Source: Phoronis australis
Lineage: Eukaryota > Animalia > Phoronida
DNA: 64,000 bases
Reading direction: 5' to 3'
Assembly: GCA_002633005.1 (NCBI GenBank)
Contig: NMRA01000087.1
Coordinates: 749,393-813,392, forward strand
The translations under genes were made by a program, and so were the position numbers. The notes beneath the pieces were generated by a model. The model did not search any database. It saw nothing but the letters and a program-made list of their open reading frames with translations, and was not told the origin of the DNA. Position 1 is the stretch's first letter, and every line of letters begins with the position of its first letter. Shown here piece after piece: positions 37,001-52,000 of the stretch.

Positions 37001-40000
37001 TATTGGGTGGCAGACGTTCATAACTACCAAAAAACTTTGTTCATGAATTCACTTATTTTTCAACTTGGACTTGAAAAATGCACCCCCAACATTTATAAAA
37101 TTTGCTATTGAAATATTTCGGGTTGTTACCAAATGCTTCTAAGAATTATACAGATTTTGCAATCTTTTTGTAATGTATAAATTCTCAACATTTTCAAACG
37201 TCAATCTCGATGTTGCACAAAATACGTTTCCTGTCCCTTTGGTGTGGCTGCTAAAGGGATAGCATTGGTGAGAAAAAAGTAACTTCGGAGAAATAAGCAG
37301 TAGTGCAAGTCGAACCGAGTAACTTGCAGCGTTGTACATCTGAGCCAAATTTCACACATTAAATTGCAGAGTATTTTAAGTGTATTGAAATGGTAAAGAC
37401 ATGTCCTTGATTCAAGCGAATGTCTGGAAGACAACGGTAACGAATTGGCGATCTGTAATAAAATCACAAAAACAACAGGTTTTATCATTTTATAGCTCTC
37501 GTCAAAGCTAATAATTTCAAAAAGTTTATACGATTCAAGAATTATCCCCAAAATTTCGGTTTTCGGCCACAAAAATGAAAACGTCTCTTTAATAGAAGAG
37601 TTCCATTTAAACTTAATGTAGTGGTATTTTAGGTGATTTCACCGTTTCGGTTTCATTGTGGAGTATTAGCAATTGATACCAACTGTTGTTTGTTTCAGAT
37701 TACCGAAAGCCAGCAAGAGAAACAGGTAATGTACAACTTATTTGTTATCAGTTTTCACCACGGCAAATATTTTGTCTGCTAATCTGCTTAACTCTTCTAC
37801 AGGGATACTGAATAATCAAATATTTCAAGTCCCTTAAAAACTAGGGTGCTATAAAGATGTGCATGCAAGCGACTGTCTTCCTTTGTACTATGCTGTTTGT
37901 TATGTTTGTGAAGTGGCCGATTCAAAGATGTGTCTATGTAATCACAGGCGATTTGAGTTGGTTTTAATTGACGCCCTTCCCCTGTATCAAGAGTGTGGTG
38001 AAAAATCTTCGACTTGGGACAAGAATAATTGCTAAAATTTCCAGATTTCTGTTTTTCAGAAGCTTTGCCACATTGTGTCATGTGCTCAAACTTTTACCAA
38101 CTGTTGTTTGACAATAGCTATGCCTTACATACCATGCTAAAAGCAAAATTAATTCTCCTGAAGTTTTTTTTGAGAAATTTTACCGTCTGCAATATTGTGT
38201 CCCACGCTGAAGAATTTTACCACTACACGTGGTAAAACCTCAGCAATGTAGGAAGCAATATGTAGGTCAAGAAATATTAGACCCGTTTTTATTACTTGGC
38301 GAAAATTTTATTTTCTCTTTTTATAAAAAATAATTACAGCACTATATTGATGGATTTTACGACTTTAAAGTTTTAATGTTGGAGAGCTATGGTTGTGCAA
38401 TATTTGGAAGAGATTTGGTCTCTCGCAGCAATGTTAGAAGCCTTTGAAACCAAAAGCAGGTAATTTTGGTTTCATTTCTGTCTGACATTAGTTGCAAACT
38501 TTTGCTGTTCTTTCAAAAATGTTGATTATGCTCTCTTGTTGATTGATTTTCATCGTTTTTAGAAACTTGCAAAGGTTATGCTGTCCATTAACCCCTTCCC
38601 TATCTTAAATTCGGTGCACCTTTTAAAATGTTTGTAATCAAGGATAATACCTTAAAAAACCCTTCTTTGTGTTTTAACTAAGATTTTATTGTGAACTCTG
38701 TATAAACGCTTGTGGTCAAGAGGTTGATTCAGTAATGAGATGCCCTATACCAGACAACCACATATGGCAAAGGTCTTGAAAATAACAGCTTTGAGGAAGA
38801 GAAACTGTATACAGTTCACTAACCCAGGTCTTGTCAGGACCTCCTTGTATTCAAAGGTCTCCTGTATGTCTGCTGCAGACCACAATGTATTTTTCATTGA
38901 CACATGTGGCTTCCATTGAAATGAACAATGGTTGTTTGAACAAAGGAATCTAGATATCCCTAAGTGTTGTAGTTTGCTACTGGATACACAAAAGGTATAG
39001 GGAGACCTGTGCAGACTTTTTACACCTGTACTGTTCTGCTGCAAAGAACTTGTGATCAAATGTTATATAGAGTGACAGGTCACTCAAGTTCACAAGTTCA
39101 CATTTGGTGAACTTGAATGAAACTGTCATGTCTCAAGTATTGATCTTTTTGTATTGATTTGTCTCTGCTAATGTCCAGAAAATAAAACTATACAAAAGTT
39201 GTTCCTAATGTAATGGATGCTGGCAGAATGGAGCTAAGATATAGCTTGTTCACTTTCAGAATTGCATGTCATGATTGGTCAGTTGTAAACTTTGATGGAA
39301 TTAACTCTCAGATGATAATCGTGACATTACAACTTTGTCTTCTGATTGTTGGCTTAATATCCTGAAAATTCCACATACTGGTTCATTTATGTTGTGCTTG
39401 GCTGTCATGGCAACAACTGACTTGGAAATTTGGTGCAAATTGATAACATAATGTGTAGAGATCCATAATGAATTGTGGGAATTTCGGTTTAGAAAACTGT
39501 TTATTTTCTTTAGAATCAGACGTACAACTCTTTAGTTTTGTAAGGACATAAAAGCGACTTAATTCGCTTAACCAGAATTTCATCATTGAGCAAAACAGGC
39601 CAAGATAACGTCAAGCTTGATTGAGTGATGCGGGTCTTCAAACTCAAGTAAGATAAAATGAGAATGAAATGGTATATTGCGTTAAAACTAGCACCCTTCA
39701 TTCCGACCACAACATTACCATAGAAAATGCAAGCTATTTTTAACTTGCCTTATTTCTTTAGTTGCATTACTTGATTTTTTGTGAAATGTCAAAATTAAAT
39801 CAAAACAATCAACATGTGCTATTGTGTGAAACTGGATGTCCCAAGGAAATAGCCATATTACTGAAGCAGCGTTCAATATACTTTAAGAACAAAAATAATT
39901 TCTTTCATTCTTGTGCAGGACTATTTGTAAGATTAATTTGAGCTTAACACAACAGAAGTGATTTGACAAAATTCATAAGAAGTGAAATTCCATGGCCTTT

Positions 40001-43000
40001 TAAGGTCTCAGTCCAAATCACAGAAATTAACTGTTGGTAGCGCTAAACGTTGGCTACCAAGTACTCTATCGGCATTCCAAAGGGGTCCCAGTCGCGCAAG
40101 AGCTTACTACAAACAGGTGGCGCAGCACACAAGATCAAGTCATGTAGTGATTTACTACTAGCTGGATTGTTACAATGTTCCCAAAAACTAATCAGTGATC
40201 CCAGGGGATCTGATTTGACCATGTCAAAGCTTTAGACTTAACATTTTCTCCACGATGTTATAACGCGACCAGTGCAGCAGCTTGTGAATATTAAAAGTAA
40301 TCCTAGCTAAACTAGAGTTGATTTTTAATGTATGTGCATTTTTGCTCAGTGGTCAGTAATTTGTCAAATGACACTGAACCGATTGTCGTGACATACGTTT
40401 CAAACATTTAGTGAGGAGTTCTGTCTGGTTCTCATCTTGACAAAATTTGTGCTTGTGTGGTAAAATATTAATTTCTACTCAACTGTCCAAGCCAAATTTG
40501 ATTATGTTCGAAAAAAATCATACTAAGGTTTATACAGAACTGGGCCAAAGAAAATGTACAACTTCCAAGTTTACTGTGGTATTGGGTCTATAACAAATCA
40601 TGGTCAGCATAGTCACAAAACGAAAGCCTTTTCATACTAATTTAACTCCGATATGATCGGGGCATCAATGTAAACTGCGAAGTTAGTTCATTAGTTCATG
40701 CCAGCTTCTGTAGTAAACAGTAGGTAGCACTGTCATTATCGAAGTAATCACAAGGTGGCGCTGATACATCCTGTGCCTGCTAAGATTTTTTTAATGTGAC
40801 AATTTGAGAACATTTATGTGTGGTAGTTAACATAAAATTTACTTCTAATTCGATTCGTGATTATTTTAGCAAAATATTAGCGAATATTAACGACGACGCT
40901 GCCCTTTAATTATTGATTATAGTATTGGCCCCTGATGATAACTTCAATGAGGCCGAATGTGACGCACTGCAGTAAATTCACCTGTTTACTGTGATGTTAC
41001 CGGCAATTAGCACTGTTAACTTTGATCCAGAACCGAAGTTAACCGTTCATACTGACCGCAACTCCCCAATACACCAACGTTAGTGTGAAAGGGCCTTGAA
41101 AGTCTAATATTCACGTACAAAGTTGTTTATCTTTACAACAAGTCACACATCTAATTGGTTTGGTCAGTATCACCATTTATCGATAAAAGCCCTTAGTTGA
41201 ATGGACACCTTTGCTTCGCCATCTAACTATGAAGCTAATTTCATTATGTCGCACTTTTTGAAAATGGCTGTTAGAGGTTATGATATTTAAGATCATAATG
41301 CCAACATATTTGAATAGTAATACCGTTACATTTGACATTTCTGTAATTGCGTAATGTTCAATTCCACAGCATTCCTCTCCCATTATATGAAAAAAGTAAT
41401 CTAGTATCTATTCAATTTGTTTGTCTATAAGTCAACTCCACAACTGCTGTCTCCTTATAGTGATGTTATAATGGTCTCCTTACTGGTAGAGTTTAGTGGC
41501 AACAAATTCCGCAGCATTTGTTTGCATAACAGAGGGGACAATTGGAGTGGAATCAACCCAATTGTTAACAATTTTTTTGACATGTTGTAGTCAAGTGGCA
41601 CCTGACAAACCTTGTCGTCTTGTTAAATGTATTTCTGTGCCAAGAAATGTCTGATGTGCTGAGATTGTCCCAAGATGAGGATGTCACTGAATGTCATGAT
41701 TGGCTCTGTATTATATTCAAACGTTATCATGCGTTACATTAATACTTCCAGTGAAACCCAATTTCGAACTGCCTTTATGCTTTCATCAGGCTTTTTGAGT
41801 GGGATATGTCAACTCCCTCAAACTTTGAGCCAACACTCTCAAAATTACATCAGCAGCACGCTCAAATTTCAAGTCTCCACATGCTCTTTTCTTGATTGAT
41901 TGTCAAATTAATTTTGACTTCTACATTTTTTTTAATGTCACCAGTCTTAGCATGTGAGTTGTTGAATCACCAGTCACATTTTCGGTTCAGTGCTGCCAAT
42001 GTATTCAGATTCTTGCTATTTATGTTAGCACCAAACTCCGACATGAATACTCGCAAGAATACAGAGGTCTCTCTCAACTTCGCTGTTGTGGATGATAACG
42101 TTCCATCATTCCCCATTATCATCCTATTCCAGTTAGAATGCTGCCTAAATGTGATGTAAATCTGATCATTCTCCGATATATCCTCTTGTTTTGACGGACA
42201 GAATTAATTTGTTTACGTAATTAAGAAGATAAAATACAGTGGTATGTTGAAATATATTTTACCAGTCACTCTTTTATTTATCTAATATCGGAATGAGGTT
42301 TTGCAGTTATAACTATCTTTGTAACTGTTGGCATTTGTGTCATCACTTGCGACGCGCGTACTACGTCTTGACTTTGAACCTAGTCGCTCAATGGGGAAAC
42401 CCCTTTGATTTGATTGGTCGACGTAGCATACCCAGTACTGTGAGAGAGAGGTCACTTGTGTTGTAATCTGGTGTAAGGTTAATTACTGTATTTTGTCAAA
42501 TCCAGCCTGTGTATAGATATGAAAGACTGCGGAGAAGCATTGTGATGCGTTTTTATTGTTGTTTTTAAATTGACTTAGTTTTTGATTGCAAAATTATATT
42601 GCTGACGAGCAATTTAAAAATTGCAGTGTTTTGTGTAATACAGGTATATAGTTAATCTATAAGCTAATGTCTCCAGTCTGATCTTTGAAGAATAATCTTT
42701 GTGTTACTTGGTTGAGCTGGTTGACCTAGCCCTCTGTTTGCTGATATAAAGTCTGTAGGGTTGCCTCCTGTTTGAGTAGGATCAATACTGTTTCATATGA
42801 CCTTTTCAATAAGTCCACTGCTGGTATCATTGATTTTTTCAATGTGAGGTTGTGCTCTACTAGGGAAACTAGGTCAGATGCTCTGTGCATCTGACTGCTT
42901 GATTGTATGTGTAGTGCTGCATGCTCTACTATGGTGTGAATGTGTAGGTCAGTCGAGGTTCCTCAAACCTCCAGGCTGATTTCACTGAGCTATGATCTGT

Positions 43001-46000
43001 GTGTTATATGTGTTGCTAGTCACGTATTTCAGCCCAGTATTCTACATTGTTAGGCTCATTCCCTTGGCAGTTTCACTGTTGAGTTTTCATTGTGATTGGC
43101 TGATAGTTACTGTGAAATTTTCCATTCGGTGACAGAATATAAAGGACAAGTGTAATTTCAAGGTTTATAAATGTGCAAAAATGGCAATTTTAGCAATCAT
43201 TTTTGTCCCAAATTGAAAATTTTTTAACCTTAATTTTGCGATAAACCTTTTAGTTTTGTGGACCTTGATTTGTCACTTTTGTGAAATTCCAAATTAGTGC
43301 CGTATTTAGATTTATTGAAAATCCAAGTCGTGTGTTTTTAGGAGTGTATCTGTGTGGTGCTATTAGGTACTTAAGAACATGGATGTTGAAGTCTTAGACT
43401 GTTTATATATGACTCTTGTATGGTACAAAGTTAAATAGTAAATCTTGTACATAGCAAGACAAAATATCCCTCTTGGCTCTGGTCTAGTAAGCATGCAATG
43501 TAAACTAGTCTCATGTTGTTTGTTATAGCATGCCAAGGTCATTTTGTAGAATTCTATTAGCTGATTGTTGAAGGCGAATGTGTCTTTCTTGGACTGACCG
43601 AATGTGTCTTTATTGGAATGACTTAATGTGTCTTTCTTGGAAGGACACCTCAATAAAACAGTACTAACTAAATCTCACATTAATGATTGCGATCTGGTTT
43701 AGTTAGTGTTTGACAGACACTGTAGAGTGTCTTGTGATATGATCGAGTGACACTTTGCCCCTCTGAGTTGTCTGTTAAGTACACCATTACCAGAGTGTTT
43801 TGACGGCGGGCTAATAATAGTTCTAACCCCATTCTTCAACAACACACATGTGATTACGATCGGTGACCCATGTCAGGTCAGGCAATCCCGTTCACCAACA
43901 GACGATTGGTTGGCTATTTTTAGCCACTGTGTACTATGGTGTTTACGATGACCGGGGTATTCCCGTGGTCGTTGAGCTGGGCGTGAGTAATCGAGTGTTT
44001 TTGTCGAAGGGATTCCCGTTTAGTCATATGGGCTATGGTTAATACTTTCTCTAGTGCGTTAACGTGCGACAACAGAATGGTTAAATGTCTATGTTCTTAA
44101 CGTTCCGTTCCTTGTTAGTACTTTACACGTGGAGAGCTTCAATTATTTCCACCAATAAACAAGTGCTTTTATTTTTCCTATGCCTTTGGTATATTGAGTG
44201 GTTTTGTGTGCTTACTTCTGGTGACATTTTACAAGTTGTTTTCCTACTCTCACTGGGACATTGATTTTGTGTATTTACCATTAAGCTTGAAGATTGATAT
44301 GGTGTTCTATTTGATAACAAGGTCAAGTTGTTATTTGAAGCTACTCTCTGTTCTGAAAGCTGCTAGTTATTTATTTACATCTGCTCAGAACATATTGTGC
44401 TTTAGAGAGTGGGATATGGGGCGCCTAGGAAAGGGCGCCTAGGAAAGGGCACCTAGGAAAGGGCACCTAGGAAAGGGCACCTAGGAAAGGGCACCTAGGA
44501 AAGGGCACCTAGGAAAGGACACTTAGGAAAGGGCACCTTTCTTTGGGCCTAGTATGGAATGTGTTTAGTTGGCATGGACAATGTTTTGAGGAATCACTTT
44601 ACTCTACTGAGTATTGCCCAGGGGACCTAAATTGGGATATCACGAAATCAGGTTAAGTGCTAAGCTTGTCATGTGTGGTTTTAAACACTGGCTGTAAGGT
44701 CTGTTTTGAGTAAAGGCATGCGTTCCCATGTAAGAGTCAACAAAAGCGTACCTGGAAATTTCTGAAAATAGACCCATGTCCGGTTATTTGGTAAACGACC
44801 TTTAAAATATGTCAAATGAAATTGAATATGCGCCCGAGCGTATTTTCGGAAACAATGTCCAGCATTTTCTGATGCAATTTTAAAGCAGATAATTGTCATT
44901 AATTGGTAATTATTAAACTAACATTAGTTTTTGAAATAAACATGTCCTTTTTAATGCATGCAATTGTGTCTCATTTAGTAATAGAAAATTTTATTCGTCC
45001 GTACATATTTGGCATTCGTCATACATAGTGTGTTAAAGCTGTTTGTCATAATATGCTAGTATAGTTAGTTAACAACTAAGTCACCTAATATGTCATTTAT
45101 TGATAGACAACGCTCAAGTGAAATTGTGATAATTTCTTGCCAAAATAAACAATATTCTACATCAGAATATATTACTTGTTACTGTATACGTACATTAGAA
45201 AAATCCACCACACTTTTAAAACATGCAAACATGTAAAGAAGATATGCCCATGGGCATACTTTTGGGTGGCCTTGTTTTGAGAAATAACTGGTAGTGAGAG
45301 ATTACGCATATTTTCCTGGCAAGGTGCCTCTGACATTTCCACCGCTTATTACTGAAAGTTAAGAGAGTTTCGTACATGCCATTTTGGGCGCTAAAAATTG
45401 TGTGAGCTGGGTATTCACTGAGATGCGGGCGTTTACACTGAAGTCTTGTTCACGTAAATTGGGGGCGGGAAATAAGCCACACATGTGCACTTAGAAATGA
45501 AAATTTAGAAATTTCATAGGACCTTATTGACAAGTCTGGATATTGAGCCAAATAACAACAAAATTTTAGATTTTAACCCGTTTTAACTCAGTAAAAGTAA
45601 AGTGGAAAGCTTGTTGTAGAATTTTATTTTTGACTTTTTACCAATCTGACATCAATTTGGTCACATGACTTTGTTTAATGATATTTAGCAAAAAAGAAGG
45701 AATGTTGATAGCAGAATAACGGTATCAATAACGCGAATAAGTTTTTCTTTAACATAAATGTTCGAGACGAAATCTTTAACATGCTATTACTGTTTTCTAT
45801 ATTATCGTTTGGTTTTTGTTTTGTACAACTTTGAATTTTTCATGAACATCGTAAGTGGAATGTTTTAAAAACAATTGAATTCCCCCTCCAGGATGTGTCC
45901 AGAGGAAGGTCTGACAAAGACAGACATAGGGACACTTATGCATTTCGGCATTACAGCACTGCGAATGTGGTCGAGCTGGGGTTGCATATCCCCTTGAGTA

Positions 46001-49000
46001 CTAGATTTGTGCCTGAATTCATGAGTTCATGTGTTTGTTCCATAACAGCACTTCATACACAGTGTCAGTCTGGAGTGAATGATTAGTAATGTTAATTTCT
46101 TATTTACTTTCATTCATTCACTGTATACCAATAGCATTGTAGCATAGAATCTTTTGAGCTGTTAGCATGCCTGTCTGGGATTACAATCTTATTTCTTAAA
46201 AAAACAAGTATATTGTTCTTTTCCAATTGTTAGGTGTTTATTTGGCATTTAATTTAGCTACTTATCATCCATTTTTCAATACCGGAACATAAGTTTTCCA
46301 TGTGTTGGTTCCAGACTGTCAGTGGTTTGTGGGACATGTAACAGTGGGCCAGCCAGACAGTAATTCTTTATTTAGCTTGAGTGCAGACAGAGTGGCTGTC
46401 ATTATGTTGTCAAATAACTGACCAGTAGCTTCAGTAGACTGTGGTCACCAGTGGATAAGGTTATTAATGGGACTGTTGAAAACTTTTACAGTGGTCTGCT
46501 GTCTGGGCTTCTTATGTTTGCTGTTGGATCAGCTGAGGACTAAATTTAGAGAGACACCTTGTATTTGTTTTCTGTGGCCAGAGCATTCTTTGCAAAGGTC
46601 AGGAAAAGACAATGTGACATTTGGTGACCTGAATATGATAACACCTGCAAACAGAAGTTTGAGTGATGCAAATATGAAAATCTGCATTATGACACTTCCT
46701 TCTATTTTTGTCCTCAAAAATGTGCACTGGGGAAGTGCTATGGATAACTGTTTCTTAATCAACTGTGAGTTGAACCGGGGATTATAGCTGCAGATTAGTC
46801 GAATTGATTTGAGTTATACTCCATGTCTCATTGACTTGTAGTTGTAAGCTTCATTCGTCAATTATAGTAAGCGTGGGCTTTAATTACAGGATATACAAGT
46901 TGCTTTTGGTATTTATTGTGTGACCGAGTTTCCTGGTTGAAATGTCACTTTTTTGCGCATAAGATACTAGCATTGCATATAACAAACTTGGGCTTCGGAT
47001 TATTGATTTACTTATTGATAATCTTTCATCATAATACAATGTAATAAGGAAATACTGATGACGCGCACACATGCTCGTGAGGATTGGAGTCAATCTTTCG
47101 CAATTCTTCGCTTATTTCATGGTAGAAAATCATTGCAAAAATTGTTATTTTTCTATTTCTCAAAGGCTTGTTACCATGGCGCAAATATTGTACACTATAC
47201 CAAATGTGGTTTTTCAGCATCTATACAAAACAAGCCAAGCTAATGATAAACGGTAACGATTATTTTGTTAAAAATTTGCCAAAACAAAGTTTAACATGTC
47301 CGCCATAATGCATACTAAATATAGACGAGGAATTGCTGCACACCTGAGTGAACACTCTTGAATTTAGTACATAAGATGGAAGACGTAAAATTTTATGTTG
47401 TCAAATATCACAATCAAAATAAACTTTGAGAAATACCTGACTTTTTATCAGTATGATTTGTACCGAACGGCTATCATAAAACAAAAATGAAGCCACTCTT
47501 TGACAAATGGAAAATTGCTGTTTTTATTATTTTTATGTCAAATTGAAGAGATAATACTATAAATGTGTCATAGGAGCCCACCTACTAAAAAGTTATTGAG
47601 GTGTCCCATTTGTAAAAATATTGTTTTTCGAAATTATGGGGTTTCAATATTTCTGTTTTGCCTTCTTGTTAACTTGGCAAATTGCTGTGAAAAATTAAAA
47701 GGCGAGTAATTTTTGATTCTATCACATTTTCCAAAAACGTATCAGTCGGCACCAGTTTCTGAGAGCTGAAACTTTTCATTAGATCATTAGTAGCTCTCAA
47801 CTCTGTGCTGTAGTACTGCAGCTTTGTAAGAGTATTTTATTTGAGAAATAATTTGTTCAAGAAACTGCTACTATTTTGGTGTTTCCATTTCAGCTGTTGT
47901 GACTATAGACCTACTATTCAAAGTATGATAGTGGTTTTGCAAACAAAAGTTGAGTCTTGACTTACATTTCCTGTGTGTTGATTTCATAGACTAGTAAACT
48001 GAATGTTGAATAAATCTTAATATAATGCTTCCTGTGTATGTATGTGCGAAAAGACAAAATGTTGAAAAAAAAAAACAGTAAAAAGTAACACCTAATTGGA
48101 AATAAATTTGGAAATAATTTGCGGTAATTGTAAGTCATGATTTGGTCTGGGGAATGTCAGAAAGATCTTTGTATCATCCCCCAGTCAGAGGCAGCCAGTT
48201 AAATGTGAAATACAGGTCCATAGCAAGGGGGATTCGAGGGGTTCAAATGAAGGTCCAGCCCCAGCCTATCCGCTAAAGGTATGATACAGATGGACAACAA
48301 CAAAATTGATGCAGCTACTGGTACTACTAACTACAATTGTTAACTAAGTTAGTAATAATTTTGAATTTGCTTCTGATTCAAAGCGCTTCACGTTATCATC
48401 GAGCCGTGCGGTACCCGGCCCACTTCGCCTGAGTGGTATTTGCGTAGATGACAGGATGCAGATGATTATAGGAGGCTTTGTTACTCATCGGCATTGAACA
48501 CACGTGGTGGTTACACCGTAGGGAAACAAGGGAGTAAATGCCTATACCTAGCTAAGCTATATAGCAGCGAGATAGCTTCCAAAAAGTCACATTGCTGTAT
48601 GAATGCCTTAAAATCGACCATGAAGCAAAACAGCAGAAAATAAGTTTGTTATCTGATATTGCTCGCTAGTACAGTATGGTAAAGGGCAGGCGTTTGAAAT
48701 TGTAAATGTTTGTAAAATACAGGTGTATTTTTCGTCATATAGTGTCCAATTCTAGAGTGGATTGGTGGATTGACATGCATTTGTGTACACGTATGTGCGT
48801 TTCCGTCCTTTTAAATTCAGTAGAAGCCGACGGTAAGTTATAGACAGCCCTCCGTCGTAGCTCAAAAACCTGAATTTAATTATAACCGTGTTTGCTTGCT
48901 CTGAGAAAATACTGAAGAGTACGTTTACATTTTTGGGGGAATGTAGGTCTAAACCCAATAAAAACTGTGGTCAATGGAGATAGACTTCTCTTGTCTCTAG

Positions 49001-52000
49001 TGTCAATGGTGCACAGCCTCACACACTTCATGCGAGCAACCTGATGGAAAAGATTTCCAAGCAGAGGCGGGTCTTTGGAGGGGTGTTCAGGGGGCTCAAA
49101 CGCTCCCCTCGGGAAAGGATCAAAAATAAAAATTAAAAAAATGTCACCAGGAAAATAAAATCAGCTACTGAAAACCAAACAAAATCTTACACAAGAGGGG
49201 GAATCCCCTCCCAACCTTCCCTACACTCGGCGCTACGCTCCTCAGATTCGGGCGAATCCTTACCCCCCACCCCTTACTGAAAACGTAGATCTGACACTGC
49301 CAAGGTTAGATGCCACAATTTTGAAGGTGCGTTACTCCGAAGGTTCACTACTCCGAAGGTTTGCCACCTTCGAAAGTTCACTGATTTCGAATGTCCACAA
49401 TTCCAGAACCAGAGCTCCAACAGTTATTTTTTTAGTCTGGTCTCTCTCAAACAGTAGTCCAGGCCTCAATGCACTGAGCCAAACAGTTCATTACTCTGAT
49501 TGTCTGCTAATGAGTCGTAACAAACGTGAGTAAATTTTTGTATTTGTGTCCATTTAGTAACCGTGTAAAAGGCTGTGCAAAAAGTTGACTAGTTCTTAAT
49601 ACATTGATTTCATTGTTGAGATCGGTTCCAATCACTGCCAATCGTGATACTTGAATCTAATTAACGACTCATTCTCAATTAAGGGCAACATCTGGGGCAC
49701 GGGTACGGGCTGCGGCAAGCAACGGTTTTAAATTTAAGAAGACTGAATGGGGCTCACTGACTATGTGAAGACTGCCAGGGACTGGGTAGCCTGCTAACTA
49801 CATTTGATTTCGACCCACCTGCGCGTGGTTCCGGTGGGTGAGGTTCAGACGCAGCGGCCCTAAACTTTTCAGTCGCGCTATGAAATGATGCGACCTTGAC
49901 ATGGATTTGATGAATGCATCGTGGTTGACAATCCATCAACATTCCCACTCCAAATTGTTTAAAATGCAATAACATTAACACGCAAAAATATAACTAGATA
50001 ATAAGTTTCGTTAAGTTAATCTCCGACTAAATATTTCTGACCGAGAAGGTGTAATCACTCATTTAAGCACGCCTGATTTGAAAATTTGGCAAGATGTAAC
50101 GAGGAGAACGCTTTGGACCACATTACATCCGAAATGAGTCCTATTTTTTGCGAGCAATCGTCACGGCCTCGCTGGTTCCCTGCGTGACGCAGGGTGGTAG
50201 CCAGCAAGCCTGGTATGATCACTTAATTTTCCTCGGGAATTTTTTTACACTGGCGTTTCTGATTGGCTGTTCAATTGCCCAAACAAACTGACATGACTGA
50301 TGGAGAAAGTGTAAATGTGGTCTGTAGTACAGACAAATTGGGTGCTTAAAATTCATGTTCAAGAAATGTGAATCCTAGAAAATTGTGGTTGCGCCTTTCG
50401 GATTGCATCTTCGTAATGTCGCTGGCTTTTGTTTACATTAGGCCTACTGTCCTGTATTTATACAGTATGAATGACACACTAGTTAAATCGACCAGATGCC
50501 GGCGTGTTTATTGTACATGTATATATATATGTTTCTGAGCTCGCGGCTATTTAACATTAGGTCTACTGCAGAAACAAAATAGTTGCTGCCATGCCACTTG
50601 CATGGACAAGGCTGAAAATCGTCCATAGTCCGCCATTTTCTCACTTTCTTGTAAAGCTAACCAATGACTGTCGAGGTTACATCAATCAGTGATAAAGCAC
50701 GTGCTATTGCCTGCTACCTGCGTGCTGGCTACCACCTAGCAGCACACGGGGAACTGGGGAGCCGTCACGGCATCCTCATCTCTGGTATTACTTTATCCGT
50801 CTCATCTCAAAAACATAGAACTGAGAGTCATCGTTGTGTATACAAATTTCCCGGATTAAGCTGCGTCAACTGAGGGCCTTAATGAAAACTCCACGGCGTC
50901 GACGTTTGCAAAGTATCGAAGGTCCACCATTCAAGAAATTCAAACCACCCCCTGTGCAATGCTGGCTACGGGCCTGAAATGCTATCTTTTCTGACAATAT
51001 GAGATGAAACGAAACTAAGTATCTGTTCTGGTCAACACCCTTTCTCTTCAGTGTCCACGCTGAGTTAGTGAAACTTCCTCATTCAATTAAGCAATCATGA
51101 AGACATCCCACTTCAAAGCAGCCGTGTTTTGTTGTGTTTTATTTTATGTCCTTTTCTTTTTCACTGTTTTGATTTAAGCCCTTAATACGTTTCAGCCATC
51201 AGCTGTATTTACTCCAGCATTTTAAAGCATTTTAGCTATAACGTTTTAAGTTGAAATGTTTTAAAGTTCTCATGTGAAAGCAAACATATTTTGTGCTGAC
51301 CACTAGGTGGCCTACTACAATTGCTGTATTTCCTTGAAGACGATACCTAAATTACTAACATTTCAGTTTCTTAAATAACTTTTAGAATATTATTAGTAGA
51401 TCCATAACACTATATATTTTAGCATTCTTGATGATCACATAATCATTTTATGTGGACAGAAGTAATGCCCAGGTGTTTGTAAACATGCGACTTTTTTCTT
51501 AAACTTGCAAATTCAGGGTAGAAGTTATTAAAAGAAAATCCCAGACATACTTAAAACTAATAGAAAATAAGCATACAGAATTTGTAAGTTTCGTGCAAAA
51601 AGTGATGTTTGTGGATGATTGGCGATCTCAATGAAAAATCAATTACAAACATCTGGCCATTGCTTTCATGTACGTAGTAATATTCTTTAATTGTTAAGGA
51701 CTTCAAAATATATTGTTTTATTGGTCTGTTATTAATACTTTAAAAGCTATTCAATAAATAAGATGCTTGGTAATGAAGGTGTCCTATAACCTTAACACTT
51801 ATGTATTTGTATTTTGCAGCCAATAAAGAGGCCTGCCGACACCAGTCCAGATTTTCTGTTTAATTTTCCAAAACCCAACATTCCGTCACTAGCCAATGAG
51901 AAGGAAGATCTCCACTCTCTCAGGCATCTGCCAGGCATTGATGACATCATTAAGGCTGCTAATGGCGAGATTGGCCATCCTAAGGAGTCAGCAGCGTTGT

